This document shows, piece by piece, positions 1-15,200 of a DNA stretch of 64,000 bases; position 1 is the stretch's first letter, and each line of letters begins with the position of its first letter. The position numbers and the translations under genes are program-made. Below the pieces are notes generated by a model. It was given only the letters and a program-made list of their open reading frames with translations, was not told where the DNA came from and searched no databases. Origin of the DNA: Orbicella franksi (taxonomy: Eukaryota). The stretch lies in NCBI GenBank assembly GCA_964199315.1, contig OZ116703.1, positions 18,848,001-18,912,000 on the forward strand. Direction: 5' to 3'.

Positions 1-208
1 TTGCTTAGACTAGCACATATGGTTCCAATGTTCCCTTTTAGTCCTTCCTCGCTGCTTTTCTTCTTTTTCTTTTTCTTTTGTATTATATAATTTATTGCTG
101 GTATGTTTTCTTATGGCTTATAATTTGTGCAGTGAAAATGGATTAATTTAAATTAAATTAAATCAAATTAAGTTGATAGCAACGAAACGATATGATGGAT
201 TCTCTCGC

Positions 209-3200
209 CTGGTGTTGTTCTCGTAAAGTTTTCATTGTTTCCTCCTTTTTGGCGATGGCCTGCTTCACCCTAAAGAACAAACAAATACATTAACGGTTGC
301 TAGCAGGTGTATCAAACAAACAAACATACAAACAAACAAACAAACAAACACACTGACTTTTACCCGGAATTTTTGTCACATTGCACCAAGTATTTTCTGG
401 AGGCGCGATGGCCTCATGGTTAATGCGCGCGTCACCGGATCGAGGGGTCCGGGTTCGAGCCCTGGCTGAGGACATTGTGTTAACTACATCTAGCAGTGGA
501 GAATCCCCCCTGCTAAAATGGGACACCTAACTAGAACTATCTAAAAATAATATACAGAAAAGTCTTATAAGAGAAATTAAAATTATGAGTTACAAAGATG
601 GCAGCCACTACATCCATCTAGGATGTTGTCTAGATCTAGCCTCCGTACGTGGGTCTTAAACTGCTTGAGATTTATCGCCGATCTTTCTTTATTTGTTAGT
701 TTGCTCCATAGTCTTGGGCGTAGAAATCGAATTGAATAACAGTTGATAAACCCAGGTCACAACACACTAACCATTAGGCCATCACACCTCCCATAATGAC
801 CAACAAAACTGAACTACTGTGATTTCAAACTAACAAATCATCCCTCACAAACCTCTTATGCACTTCATCCATCTCCTGCTCCTTCTCTCTAGTGACCCGT
901 TCTATTTCCAGTCTGTGTCGAGCCTTCATTTCACTCAGTTCAGTTTTCAGACGTTTGTTGTCTTCATCAGTTGTCACAAGCCTGATGTAACGAGACAAAT
1001 AATAATAATAAAAGAAAAACACACACAGTGGACTATTTCTAAGGCGGACATCCTGAGTAACGGTTCTAGCTGTCTGCCTTTGAGATGTGTCCACCTTTGA
1101 GCGGTTGATAATTGAGTGTTGTAACACCAAAACCAAAGTACTACGATTATTAGTTGAGCAAGGCGTGACGGAAGTTTAGTGACGCACTTTTGGCCTTAAA
1201 ATTGCGCTGTTGTCACGGGCAACTTACCTCGTTTCCATTGGTAACAATATCAACAGACGTGCGTCGCCTGTCGCGTCGCCTACAATTTCGCGCGCTTTGC
1301 TGCCGATGACGTCAAAGACCGGCAAGTTGCCGCTGGAAAAGGAGCCAGTTGCCCGCGACAACAACACGATTTTCACGTTGAAACCTTGTGACAAAACTTT
1401 CGCCGTGCCTTAGTCAACCGATAATCGTAGTAACCACTCTAGCACATCACAGAGGGTATGTTTATTAGAAGAGGTTGCTTTTTCATCATTATCGATAAGA
1501 CCATGAACAAAAGCAATTCACAATGCCTTTAGCATCGTTCAGAACTAGGTAACTAATTAAATGGCAGGTCTGAAGGGTAGGGAAAATCGCAGATTTTGTT
1601 CTAAATGGCGTAAGAGTTTTAGGAAGCGGGCCGGACACCCCCAGCCAATTTTTTTTTCCCAGCCAATTTTTCTGCAAGAAGACATTCGATGCTGATCGGT
1701 CACGTAAAGTTGCATACCTGTCAGCAAACTCCTGTCGAATGATGTCAGCCACTTTTCCTCTTTCCTCCTGCAGTCTTTTGGCCACTTTGTCGATTCCCTC
1801 CACTTCTTCGTCCTTCTGTTTCAACGTGCTTTTTAACCGCGCATTTTCTCCGTCAACTTCGGATAAACGAGCCTAGATACCGCAATGAACACAGATAAAC
1901 AGTAATTGTGAATTTCTATCATGGAATGAATGGGTTTCCATATACCACTCCCAGTCCTAAGTTTTTCTTGTATTCTATACATAAATGCTTATCGCAAAGC
2001 TGGTACATCGTTTATAGCGTCCAATATTTTCAAATTGACTCTATTGTCTGTATGTCTTTGAGTGGCCGACCAACCGACCGGCCGACCGACTGACTGGTGT
2101 ACCAAAAGAATCAAAATGTTTTCACTTCTGAAAAGACGAAGTTGCGGAATGAATCACATGACGGTTACGAAGGAGTTTTACAAAGAGCAATATAACCGCG
2201 GTGAAAGATTCTATTCGAGAAATCAAACACTGGTGCCGCCGAATCTGGCACTTACCTTCATGTTGTTGTATTTCTCCTGCATATTCCTCTCAGATTCCTC
2301 CAGTTCTTTCAGTTCAGATTCGTATTTGTCTCTCACCCGCCTACAAACGCAATAAAAAGACAATTTTCTTTACCAAGCACTTTTCATAATGACCCTGAAG
2401 CAACAACAGCACAACAGTTCGTCTGAAGTGGGTGGAAGCGAACCGTTACTGAGGAGGGAAGGGTCAGAAGAACTCGGACCCCACTAACTAGAAGTCTCCC
2501 TTCCCACCCTCTCTTCTCCGGCCTCCCGCAGCCTTTCCGATCTCTTTACTCCGTGGTTGCCGCCCCTTGTCCCAACCCATCTGTTGGTGGAGCATAGGAC
2601 CCAGGCAAAGACAGCCCCGTCCTGTCAGACTGCTTACTTGATTCTGTTCTCTGCAGCTCGTTCACATTCCTCTCTCGCCAGCGAGGTCTCTTCTTCCAGT
2701 CTTGAAATCACCATTTCAATTTCCTAAAGAATTTTAAGTGTTACAGAACACGTCAAGCTATTTCCAGCTGAAATCATACAACCACTGCAGTTGCACACAG
2801 TGGATTCAGCCAATTACGAGTCACCGTAAAACACGTGACCACCGACTGGTCAACAGGTTTTACAACACAATAGTCACGTGAACGGTTAGTTGCATTACTG
2901 TATATTCTTACTGTTCTGTCGACATCTTACTCGCGAATTCGTAAGGTGGAAAAAACCAAACAAGTCATCAACACCATCGAAGTTACTCATGCCAGTTTAC
3001 CCATTAGGTCACACGCAAACAACTGGTGTTACAGAGTTTTTGGATCGAGTGCAATAAGTTTAGAAACCTCCTCGAAAAATAAAGGGCAGATATGTTACAC
3101 CAGCAGGAAACCACCTGTCCTAAACAGCCGAGATTACGACACCGCACCGTAAATCGAGCACATGAAGTGTTTTTAGTTTGTTCCTGGTTGGCTGTTGAAA

Positions 3201-6200
3201 TTCGAAATAGACCACACTATTCACTGATTTACAAACTTCACGCAAAGTTGCTTGCCATGCCCTGTCGCAAGTGTGAAAGACAAGAAAAAACCAAATATAC
3301 TCACCCTATCACGACCCTCGCGGACTGCTTCTTTCAACTCCCGCTCTTTAGTCATTAGCATGGCGTCCTGAAAGATGAAAAGAAACCACTTTGCTAACCA
3401 AGTCACGCTGTACTCATTTTTTCATGGTTAACAACTTCTCACAGGATGAGAGGTGATGTAACGTGGGTGTGATAACAGAACTCTAACCCAGTTGTATGGC
3501 TGGAGTTTTGCACTTGCAAAGGAGTTCTGACTGTTTCCAAAATGTTTTCCGTGCACACTAAAACGCAAAGCCGCCGTTCTCAAATTTCTCCGAAAACGTT
3601 CCGTTTTCGTGCCGGATTAGCGCAGACGGTAGGCCTAACCGTAGAGATAAAGCTGCGTTTTCAAATCTCTCCGGTTTAGTGTGGACGGGGCGTAAATTGA
3701 AAAGGCAAATTAATTGACCATATATGGTTGGAGTTTGTACCTGTTTCTTCATGTAGTTCTCAATCCAGCCTTGCTTCTCGATCTCCAGTCTTTCCTTCAA
3801 CTCGTTCATTTCCAACTACAATTAAAATAAATTCGAAATTTACTTCAATTAACGGCTTACTCCTCACTCCAGTAATATCACTTCATACCAGTACACTCGT
3901 CCTATATATGACTCTTTGTTTTTGTACAATCTTTTGCTCCCTTACCTGGTGTTTTCTTTCCAGATCATCGATTGCTCTTTGATGGGATGTTTGCATCTCC
4001 AGAATAGACTTCTTATGGGACTCCTGCCACAAAAGAGACAAACACAAACCAAATTCAAAAATTGAACTTAGGAAACAGGTTGTGTTGTACTCTTAGAAGT
4101 ATTCTTACAGGTTCGAGACCTGTCAGAGTAGTTAGGGTTGAACTCTGGTTTCTTTTGGATTAATCCACAAACAGTTTTGACTCCTGAATCTTCTTAAATA
4201 GGTCCTTGGTCTCTAGCAGATTATTCTGACCAGTATATTGTCAACAATAAGCCAGTATTCATTTCTCGGAGTAAAGCAGACGAAAGTCGAAAGTTTCTAA
4301 CCAAGGTTTTTGCCAAACAATTGTTCAAAACCAGTAGACTCTGCTTATGGTCGACCTAACGTCTGTTTACAAAGTCATATTGGCCATACTCAAGGTGTTC
4401 TTTGGTTGCTTGTGATTTCGAAACCAAAGAATACCCACTCACCTCCAGGGCTGCTCGTGCCTCATCCAGTTCTTGCCGCTGCTTTTGAGCCTGCAGTGCT
4501 ACTCTCTCCTTCTCTTCCTGCACCTCAGCATACAGCCGCCGTCTCTGCTGCTGAAAGGCTTGTTCCTCTTGCTCCAGCTGCTTCTCATATCTTAACGAAA
4601 AAAACAAAAAAACGTTCAAGTTGGCACCTTACTAGTAAATGTAGCCTGTGCCTGTGAAACGGTTCCGACTGGAAGGGTGCCGGTCTGACTGCGACTAGAA
4701 ATGTCGAGAAGGAACTGGGTGAACTGGGTGATAGTGACGTGGCTGAGGGGGGGTGCAGTGGGGGGTGAGGTAGCCCTCTCCCACCTTCTCTCTCTTTTCT
4801 TCTCTTTCGCCTCGCTTTCTCTTCACCTCATTCTCGACTACACCATTTCAATCATTACAACGGGGATTTTAAACGTCAAAAACAAAGCGAATTCTAAGAA
4901 GGAGAAGGACAAAAATCCAGAATTTACATAGTATAATTTGCTTTTGTCAAGTATTGATCATATTAACAGTTAGCCTTCCAGTCAAACTCTTTCACGCATG
5001 CCAATTGTGAGTTTCGCTGTTATCTATTCTAATCCTTGTAAAATCCATCAGCGTTTCTTCACGAGCAAGTCGATAAACAGGATTTTAGTTCATTGTATGT
5101 AACTTATCTTTAGGCATGGAATTGTAATATATCATTAACAAAATTTGGTAAAAAATAAAAAAAAATTGCAAAAAAATAAAAGTCCATAAGCAATAACCAT
5201 GCAGTCTCAATGCATTTTTCATCGTTAATAGCCTATAATTTCTATAGGTTTGTTGTTTGTAATCCGTGTCAATCTTCTCCATCCTTCACCATCCTTGTTC
5301 TTTTATGGTTTATTACTATCTCTTTGGTGTTTTTCTATCTTAATAAACTACTATTTTCAGGTTTCCTTCAATTTAAAGGCGATTTTGTACGTGGCTTAGC
5401 TCCCTTAACAGTGAAAATGGAAACTACGAGAACAAAATGTACCTTTGTTGAGAGAGTTCTCTCTCCCGCGAGCAGGCGCTTTCCTTTTCTCTTTCCAGTT
5501 GATCTCTTAATTCTTCTATCTGTTGAATATATCTTCTACCTGCACGTTCATCAGCTTCAAGTAACTCCGCCTGCCATTAAATCATTAACAATAACTAGCT
5601 ATAGACCATGAGTTTACTTGGTAAAATTGCTCTAAATTTCTGGTAACTTCCGCCCGCAAGTCGTGAGAAAGTGTCAAGGTGGTTGGAAAATCGAAAGTTT
5701 CGACCTGCCGATAACAACAATCCTCAAAACTTTACGACACTCGGAAACTGGCGGCCTGAAGCGTAACGTGACTGATTGTATTTCTGGAAAAGACCGTCCA
5801 AATAACCCACAATACCATATAATAACAAATGAAAGAACAGAACTGCCTCCTCTGCCATCATCAAATACAGTAAGGCCGCAAAGCACATAATCAATCAACT
5901 AATTAGTCAATCAGTCAATCAATCAATCACACAGACTTAATGCTTTGAATTTAAAGGAGATCGAATCAGAGCTCTTAAACAAACACCTAAAAATGCCTTT
6001 ATGTGGTGTGTGTTTTCACTTTTGCCACGATTGTGTTCAGTCCAACCCGTCCAAGTCCACACCCTTAACTCTCATTTCCTCGCTCTATATTGGGTTGACC
6101 CCAGACGCGAGAGGAGAGTCTCCCTCCTGATTTTAACCCCTGTATAGAGCGAGAGAAGGACAGTTCAGGGCCTAAAGTGCTTCGCCCATCACTGCACTCG

Positions 6201-9200
6201 TTTTGACTACCCGGAAGTAGTTGGAATACCTGATGGGTAGATTTGAGTTTCTTCAATTCCGCTTTGTGTTTTGCGATCAGCTTCTGGATGTCAGGCTCCA
6301 ATCCTTTGACAGTGACTTCCTGTTAAATCATAAAGAACGCTTGATACGAAAATCTACTGACAGACCATCATAAAAGCCAGGTATAAAGCGACTTGCGGCT
6401 AATCTTCTGCCAGTATCCTCCACTTCTCACCTTGATTTGCTGAGTTTTATCATTTATCCATTTCTCTCGTCTGAGTTTCTCTGCCGCCAGTATAACTTCC
6501 TTCTGTTTCTTCAATTCAACTTGATGACTGAAAAGGAACAATTAATTATCAAGCTTTACATTGCACCAACGAGCGCCATTCCGACGGCTTTTACATTTGA
6601 CGACCCCTAATTGGTAAAAAAAAAAAAAACTCGAGCAACGCGCTCTCACAAATCAAAGACGGCAACGATGGTGCGTTTCTCGCCAATCAAGTACTAAACA
6701 AAAGCCATTTAGATCACGTGATGTTTTTCGCGCTTAGGATAGGTTTACATTTTCGGCTTGGTTTCCATGTATTTCATTATTTCGTTGCGGCTCACGAAGC
6801 ACCCTTCGGGCTCGACACGCAATCCAAACGATCTATATATTACTACCTGACGTCAGCCATAGTTTCCTAGCAAGTTATGGCTGACGTAATTCTCATTGCA
6901 ATTCTTAACCTCACATTTTAATGGTTTAATTTGCCTCCCCAACGAACGAACTTACTTTTCTTCCATTTGTTTGACTTTATCTCCATACTTCTTGTCTGTA
7001 CTTTTAAGTTTGTTCACCACTTCCTCGCATCTCTCGCCAAGAACCTTTTTGTCGTCGATGAGTTGGTCAATGAACGACAAATGTCTCTGAATCGCTGCCT
7101 CGTACTCCTGTCGCTGTATCGCCAGGCGCTGTTTGGCGTCTTTCTCCATCTCCTTGGCTTGTCGTAACGTGAATTCACGCTGTTGGTTCTGATAGGGAAG
7201 GGAAGAATTTACGTAAAGATGCTCTGTCGCTCAAAGGTAAAGTCTGCATACAAGCCAAGTAGCCCATCAGGCCGGAGTTTATCCCGGTTTCTACAGCATG
7301 AAGCGACTAGGAGTATTTACTATTTCTAATCCCCCCTGGATGGGATGCTAGTGAATAGCAGGGTTACCCCCAGCATTAAATTCGCCGGTACCCATTTGTA
7401 CTCCTGGGTGGAGAAAGGCACTGAAGCGAGTAAAGTGTCTTGCCCAAGAACACACTGCAACACAATATCCCTGGCCAGGGGCCTGTTTCTCGAAAAGCCC
7501 GGAAACTTTTCGGACCCGCAAAGCCATTTTTATTTAATCGGTATTTAAAGACAGAAGAGTATACGCCTGAAACTTCTTGACGAGGAGAATCTCTGTGCAT
7601 AAAACAGCTCTGCAGTCACAGGGTTTGCGATTTTGCTTCCCGGAGTCGAGTGCACTAACCACGAGGCCACTGCGTCTCCACTTAAGATTTTGTTACGTAC
7701 GTGTCGCCCAAGTTAAAGATAAACACATCAAGACCACAGGAAACCCAACAAGAATAGTTGATCTTGCAGAAGAATACCCAACAGATGTCACGAACCCATA
7801 AAGAGGCGACCATGAAATAGGATGAAAGGGGAAAAGGGCATACTGCATTGAAAATGGTTCAAGTTTTCAACTCTGGCTTGAATTCCTTTAAAATTTAACA
7901 AGGGATTGGAACTTGAAACAGCCGTTCGAATGAATGTTTTGGTAAAATTTCAGGCAGTCCAAGAAATTTTAATTATTCGCCTCCAAGAAGCCAATGGGGA
8001 AAAGAGATAAAATTTGTTGTTAAGCAACGATTTTGTAATTTAGTGTTAGAAAAACGGTTAGTAACCATTTTGATACTACAGCACATTACATTACAGTTTT
8101 TTGGTACAGGGAGTCTCTATGCCACTATTTCAAAATGCACAAATTAAGAACTGCAAGACGCACTTCACCGTAAAATTCTGGAAAGTTTTATTTGGAGTGC
8201 TCCCTGTGGGATTTTACTAACCAAGGCTCTCTGAAGCAAGTCATTAGTTCTTTTCTTCTCTTCTAATTCTATCTTCACCGCCATCATGGCTGTTGTAACG
8301 TCAGAGGCTGCAGCTGCGGCCGACTCCAGGGCGGCTTCGTCCTTCCTACAGCAAGAAAAAGAATCGCCTGTCAAACCAAAGGCCACGAGCTACTAAATAC
8401 ATCAGAGTCAGAATTAATGGTAGTTTATTGAAAATCACAGATGAACGCTAGTTGGATAGACACAGGCTATGGTTTCATCCCCTTACGCCGGTATAAGTTA
8501 CAGTGTGTAGAAACACGTCTTACAGCGTACATAAACGGTACCACATGAAAGTATTTGCAACGGCTTTCATTTGAATGGTCCCAAACTAGGTTTTCATCCA
8601 CAGACTAAAAGTTAGAACCATCCCTTTACAGCATAGTAAAGTGTAACACATGAAATTACTGCTCAGTAGCTTTCATTTAAATGGTCATACACAACATGAA
8701 GGTCTTATACACAGGCTAACAATTAGAAACACAGCCTAATGGACAGAAATTTACAGTACTCCTGCCGCCATATTTAGCACGTTATCTTCACAATATGTGA
8801 TATAATTTGATGACTGGACAGCACGAATCAGAAACTCCTGCTTAAAACAGAACCTGTTCTAGTGACTGCACTCTAGAAATCGGTTTTTTTTTTTAATCTA
8901 AGTAGATGATACATTTGTTTGGTTTTACTTACTCCCTATCAACTGCTACAGACGCTGAGGTGCTTGATGATGGTAATCCACGAGATATGGCACCATCCCG
9001 CGCCTGACAAGAGCAAAACAAACGTAAAAACAAAGCTTCCTTTTGAGCCAAGTTCTTGGCCTTCTTCATCACTCCGTATCAAACCATGTCTCACATTGAG
9101 CCTCAAGTGGTCAGAGAGTAAGCACTGTTTTAAATATTCCTCATCCAGTTCATATTGGTGACTGAAATGCATAGCGCATCTTTTCCTCTGTTGCGCTTGC

Positions 9201-12200
9201 CTGGGATGGGGCAGCATATGTGTTTTCGGCGCATTTGCTTTTGGCATTTTCTTGGCCCTCACCTTTACTGGGTAGAACTATGTATCAAGAACTAACCATT
9301 GCTCCGAATGCTTCAATAAAGGCGGCTATGCACCTTTTGCCTATAGCCATATTTGTCTATAAATTTGTTTTGCTCAGTTGTTGCACAGTAATGCGAGCTC
9401 AGGCCAGGAAGCTGTGGGTTGCTATTCTTTGGGCAGGCAGAGAAGGCACAAAGCACTGTTTAAAAGACTGGGCCAAGGATGGAAATTTAAGAAACTTGCT
9501 AATGTATTAGCTGGGACTTACCTGACCTATCTCGCTGACAACATCGTCTTCGGCCTTCTCCACTTCATCCAAGAATGTCAAAATACTCCTAAAAATGAAA
9601 AGAAATCATATTCTGTGCATGGAACACACGCCAGGCAAACAGCCATACACCTTGAACTGCAAAATCGTCTTAGAAAGATGAACACACTGAAATTAAGTGG
9701 CGACAACTACCTGATTGTAAATATTTCTTTGTGAAGGCTAGTAACAGGATTGGTATAGTATGTAATAACTGCATTATTAACTTCACAGTCGGTATAAGTG
9801 AAAAGCCAAGTTCAAAAAATAACATTTTAGGAATATGAAATAGACACTCTTTGGTTTGGATGTATTTGTAACACAATTTTAACATCATTAACTACATTTC
9901 GTCTTAGATTTGACTGACTTATTCATTTCACTATCACAATACTTTATTTTTATTTCCTGAAGTCAACATGAAGCGTGCATGCATGACAGACAATACCTTA
10001 GTTTTTCAGCTGATAGAGCAGCACCTGACTGGCCTTGACTGCAGTGAGAGCAAGACATGAATTAGAAATGCTGTAAAGTTCACAACAGCAAACTGGGCTA
10101 CAACGGAGCATACAGAGTCCTTGCACGTGTGTATGACTGCAAAGGTGCTTGACAAGTGCTCCTTGTTCTAACTATGTTAAATTGCATTTAACTGCATTTA
10201 AACAAGATTCTCAAACTCTTAGCCAGTCCAAGTACTAATTAAACAGATAACAAAATAAGTTAAATGAAGTTCTGAAAACTAACCTCTCTAATTTGGCTTT
10301 GTTCAACTGGTCCAGAGAAGCATAAGAGAGGTAAGGCTACGAGAGGAATACAAAAACAAAACCCCTCAGGATTGAGATTCCTGTACAGTCATACAAACAG
10401 GTTCAACTACATTGGCCATTTTTCTTATAAGAAAACGTATTGGCATTTAGGCGGGACAAAAAGAAGTGGCCATAATAACAAGGTGACCGTGTCAACAAGG
10501 TGACCGTAAGACATGGTTCCACTGTATAATGTGCACAATCAAATCAAATGAATACCCCTTACCTTGTCTTGATCACCACCTTCAAAATCTTGCCCTACAA
10601 ACATAAAGAATTCCAAGAAGGTTAAAAAAGTGCATACATGTAAGCCTTAATCACCTACATGTCAATACAAGTATGTGAACTGTTATTAGTGGAAACATCA
10701 GACACCGATAATGATGCAGATGGTATGGAACTCCAGTTCTCAAAACATGTGTCATTTCTTCAACTTGGAAGGATGTTATCCATTGACTACAGCTTATAAT
10801 ATTGCCATCATAACCCTAATAGGAGTTTCTAGCTATAAAGCAATCATTTAATATACTCTTAGATCCTGGAGTGGAGAGAGGGTATGCGCTGTATGGGTAA
10901 TGTAACTTGCTCAGCAGCAACAAAACATTGTGCAAAATCTTGAGTCTGAAAATCTAACCATTAGTAAGAAGACTACAATGGATGCTACCCAGAAAATACA
11001 GGCCAAGCCTATTGCATGAATACATTTTAAGGGCTCATACCCCATCCACCAAATTTAGGTGCACTGTTCTCCTCCATGGGTAGTAGACTTGGTGGTTCTT
11101 CCTCCAGTTGTTTGAGGGACTCAAGGAGATCATCAAAGGTTGTCTTACTTTCTCCACCAACCTGGGAGCTGAAGAAATGCATTCAAGTAGCTTCAAAATA
11201 GGAAACCATCTTGGAAGTACATGTATTCAAACATTTGGAAATTATTCCCAGCAGAGCATTTGTCTACTCATGGGATGTACACTGTACCTTGTTACTGTTT
11301 TATCTGTGTCATCTGTGCGATCAGAGAAGAGAGGTCCTGTGGCTTGCTCATCAGCAGCAGAGGCAGCAGCACTCACTTGTGATTCTCGAGATTCCTGAGA
11401 GTAAAAAGCAAAACATAACTGCAGGTAGTGTTATTGTGGGTTAACACAATCAGTTGAAAATGTTTTAAATGTACCAAATGTATAAACGATGGTCATACAG
11501 TCGTGTGGCAACCACTACAGTGTAGGTCTTATGTATATACCGTACTTATAAGTAAATATTAGGAGGCATTAACTTCAGGAAAGCATCTGCATGTGCAACG
11601 GGTTTATGGTAACATGGTAACATTGCCACTTGCAGTAGGTGAGTGCAAATGGGAGGTGGCAGGCTGTTTATGTTTATGGGCCTAATGCTAAAATGTCAGT
11701 ATCACATATGGTTGTTAATATATCTTCACTTATTGAGAGCAACTCCTTATGGAAGGTGACAGCTTTACAAGAAGGTGGCCACTTAATGCAGGTGTTACTC
11801 ATCCATTTGTACAAGGTGCCTCCTTATTGAAGGTACATTGCATCTGCATGTTGACCTCTGTAGTTACCACTCACAGGAAGCTTCCTACAGGAGTCTCATA
11901 TGGAAGTTCTAGGTGTAACTCACCTGGAATAGTTCATCAACCTTCCTTCCAACACTACTGGCTGTCCCAGGTCTTGCTGCTGTTTCAATAGAACTTACTG
12001 CCTCGTTATTTTTTACAGCACTGCTAGACACACCAACACCTGTGCTCTTCTTTCCCTTAGGTTTTGGCTTTGTCGCTGATAAAGAGTTCCCTGATTTCTT
12101 TTTACTAACTTTTCCACTGGCTTGGAGGAAAACCTACCAAAAAGGTTTCATGAAATTAATGAAAGACTGATTCTTGAAAAGTGGTACTTACATCAGCAGT

Positions 12201-15200
12201 CTCTCAAATTGCAACCTTATTATTTCATCGCTAGCTTTCCTTTGATTAACACTACACGTAACATGACATGGATCTCCTCTCAAGATATACAATTAGCATG
12301 ACATAAGATTATCTATATGTTAAACTTTCCACAGACAAGAACCTGTCAGTAAACAGACTTCTACCCTCATATGCTCAGGTCCTCCTGCACAACAGGAATA
12401 ACTGAATTCACCTCTGACATGTACATGTAACTCCTTGTGTTAGTGACTGGCCAATATGGTATGCTTAGAATTTTTACAAGTTAACAACAACCAATCAGAG
12501 ACGGTGTTCATATTAATGTAGTTTCATCAACTATGTCTCTGGACTTCTCTTATGTCAAATCTAACATGTCTTTCCCGAAAGAAATAACTTAGAAGCATGT
12601 AAAGAGACACTTCTGTTTACCCAGGCAAGCAAAACAACAAAACTGTACCAATTCTTCTTCTGCCTTTCTTTGGTTCTCATGTCGTTTTTCTTCTCTCTTT
12701 TTCTGTAGTTCCTGTATAGCAGCTTGTCTTGCTAGTCTTGCTTTCTCCTCACGTCTTTTTCTCTTTTCATCTTCCTTTTGATCTTTAAGTTCTTCCTGTG
12801 AATTAAACATTAAATAGGAGTAATGACACAGAAGAACATGTGAACAAACTTCATTATGAGCTTCAAAAGTAAGCTAGTTTCATAAACCACAAATTATCAA
12901 CAAGTTGGAGATGCTAAAGAAAATTTACCCATACTTAGATTTAGTCCTTGATCGGCTTTATTCTCAATCCTCTGGATTGTCCAGTGGACTCACAAATATA
13001 CATTCAGAGAATGCACTGTTCACGAAATTAGTTTGTTGAAAGTCTGAAACCAGAAACTACATGTAGTTCTTTTTTGGTGTATCAATCTTGTCTTGCCTTA
13101 CAGTCCAACTGGATGTTCCCTTAAAGGGAGCTCTGCACTGTTGTGACACAATGTTTGAAATTTGTTCAAAGGAACGGACAACTTTCAATTTGAGTTAACA
13201 AAATGTTGCTGTAACATCACAGAGTTTGCGTCAAACGAAAAGAGTTTGACTATGGAACCCTGCAGTGGATACTGCCTCCATGTACCACCCTGTTGAAGTT
13301 ATGAGAACTGGGGTAAACCTGCTAACTTTAATACAAATCTTCCTCTTGTTTGTCAAACCCATGGCCAGAAGTATCAGGAGCACTGATGTTTCAACAACCT
13401 TCACACTTGTCTCCAAAGATGACTTTCAGTCAGGTTGTTGATTCGTCAGTCACCAACATTAAACAGCTCTTTCCAGGACTAACTCTGCCAGGAAAATTAC
13501 ATTTATTAATAAACAAACTACATGTACTTATAAATGTACCTCAGTTTGCATGCTTGTATGGTCACCGAACATCTCTTTCTCCTTTTCCATTTTCTTTTGA
13601 CTTAACAATTCCTTGACAGCATTCTGTCCACTAAGCTGCTTCCTGGTTTTCCATCCACGGAACCAGCGCTGAATGCTCACAGCAGCCTTCTTACGCCTGC
13701 TGTCACCCTCATCTTCCAGAAGATCATCAAGAAATAGTTTAGGTATGTCTTCCCTTCTTGTAGTTGACTTGTCAGGTTTGATTCTGGAGTTTCCTTCAAG
13801 CATGTCAAAGTCAGGATCACTTTGATCAAAATTGTTCGTGACAGGCCGGGCATTACTGACATCACCCAACAGAAAATCCTCACCCACGTGATTGCTTGTC
13901 TTGTTCAAACCAGGCCACCAGTCATTTTCCTTGTTCAATTCTGTAGGGGACTGCAGAAACAATGGAGGGACTGGTGCAGGATCAGCAACTGACAGCCACC
14001 ACTCATCAACCTCGTCAGGCTGTAAGTTATTCTGGGATGATGCTGATGGTCTGTCTGGCAGAGCGCCAGGGCTGGCCTTGGCAGCATTGGTATGTCGCTG
14101 AATTAAAAAAAGCAAAACATCTAGTGGCCTGACAGGACAACAACTAATTCTGATTTCTGCAGTATTAAGTTACTGACTAGGACAATTTTCACCCCCAACC
14201 CCCAACTGCCTAAGCCTCTCACCCCGAGTTGGAGTTTAGGTGTCCTCCATCTGGAGATGGTAACAGCTTCTCTAGAAAGCGTGAGACATAAATCTATTTG
14301 TCAACTTTAGTTCGAACTACTCAGCCAAAGAGGATTAACTTACCTGAAAAGTTGTGGCCAGTTTAGGTTTAGCTCTAGCTTTGGCTTGTGACATAATAAG
14401 AGGGATATGATCCTCAGAAAACCTGACAAAGACAAAGAAGAATTTTGGCTTTTTATATAGACTCTAGACATGCATGGCAAAATTTTCATATGGTAAAGAA
14501 GGTCAATGTGGATTGTCAAAGTGAACCACTTAGGGGAACAAAATCAGAAACAGAAGTACACGTAATTGAGGATTTGAAGAGGAAAGGACATAAAGGTTAA
14601 AGGTATGTCTCGGTCAAACAGTCAACAATATTGTTACTAGATCTGGTTACCAAAATAAGGGACAAGAAGTACAGTGTACTAGAACCCTGCTATTTCAAAC
14701 TCTCAAGGGAAGTGAAGAATGTTCAAAATGGCAGGGGTTTGAGACAGCCAATAGTAAATGACTGAAAATGCATATCCAAGGGGAAATCGTCAATTTAGGA
14801 AATCTGATAACTAGTACAAAGTAAAAATGTATAATTTATCTAATTAAAAAACATGGATTTGAGTTTGAGATAATGGGTAGTTTGAGAAAGCAGAGGGTCT
14901 GAGATACTGTAACCAGGTTTGAAACAACAAGGGTTCAACAGACTAATTTTTCACACAAATAGTACAATGCTTAGTCTGCTAGATATACCCTAAGTATTCT
15001 AAAACATTAATCCACGCTGCTGAAATAAAAAAAAAATCCTCTCTCTAGCCCTGTAAAGGTTACCTTGTCGTTGCAGTCTTTTTTGTGTTTGCAGTCTTTC
15101 TTCTTGTTCCTGAGCTACTGCTGGTTCTTGTGCTGTCACTGTCACTCCCAGATACATGAACCTCATTGTGCCGTGACCTGACAAAGCCTGCACTTCCACC

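Noticed and set aside
399-481. tRNA gene
   Set aside because: A and B boxes are present but there is no acceptor stem or cloverleaf; it matches the SINE head.
5663-5898. Overlapping 75/74-aa ORFs on both strands in a CEP131 intron
   Set aside because: No homology recognised and not needed for the phase-consistent exon chain.
12930-13490. Possible extra CEP131 exon between exons 5 and 6
   Set aside because: Candidate acceptors lead to stops, and exons 5 and 6 already join in phase 0.
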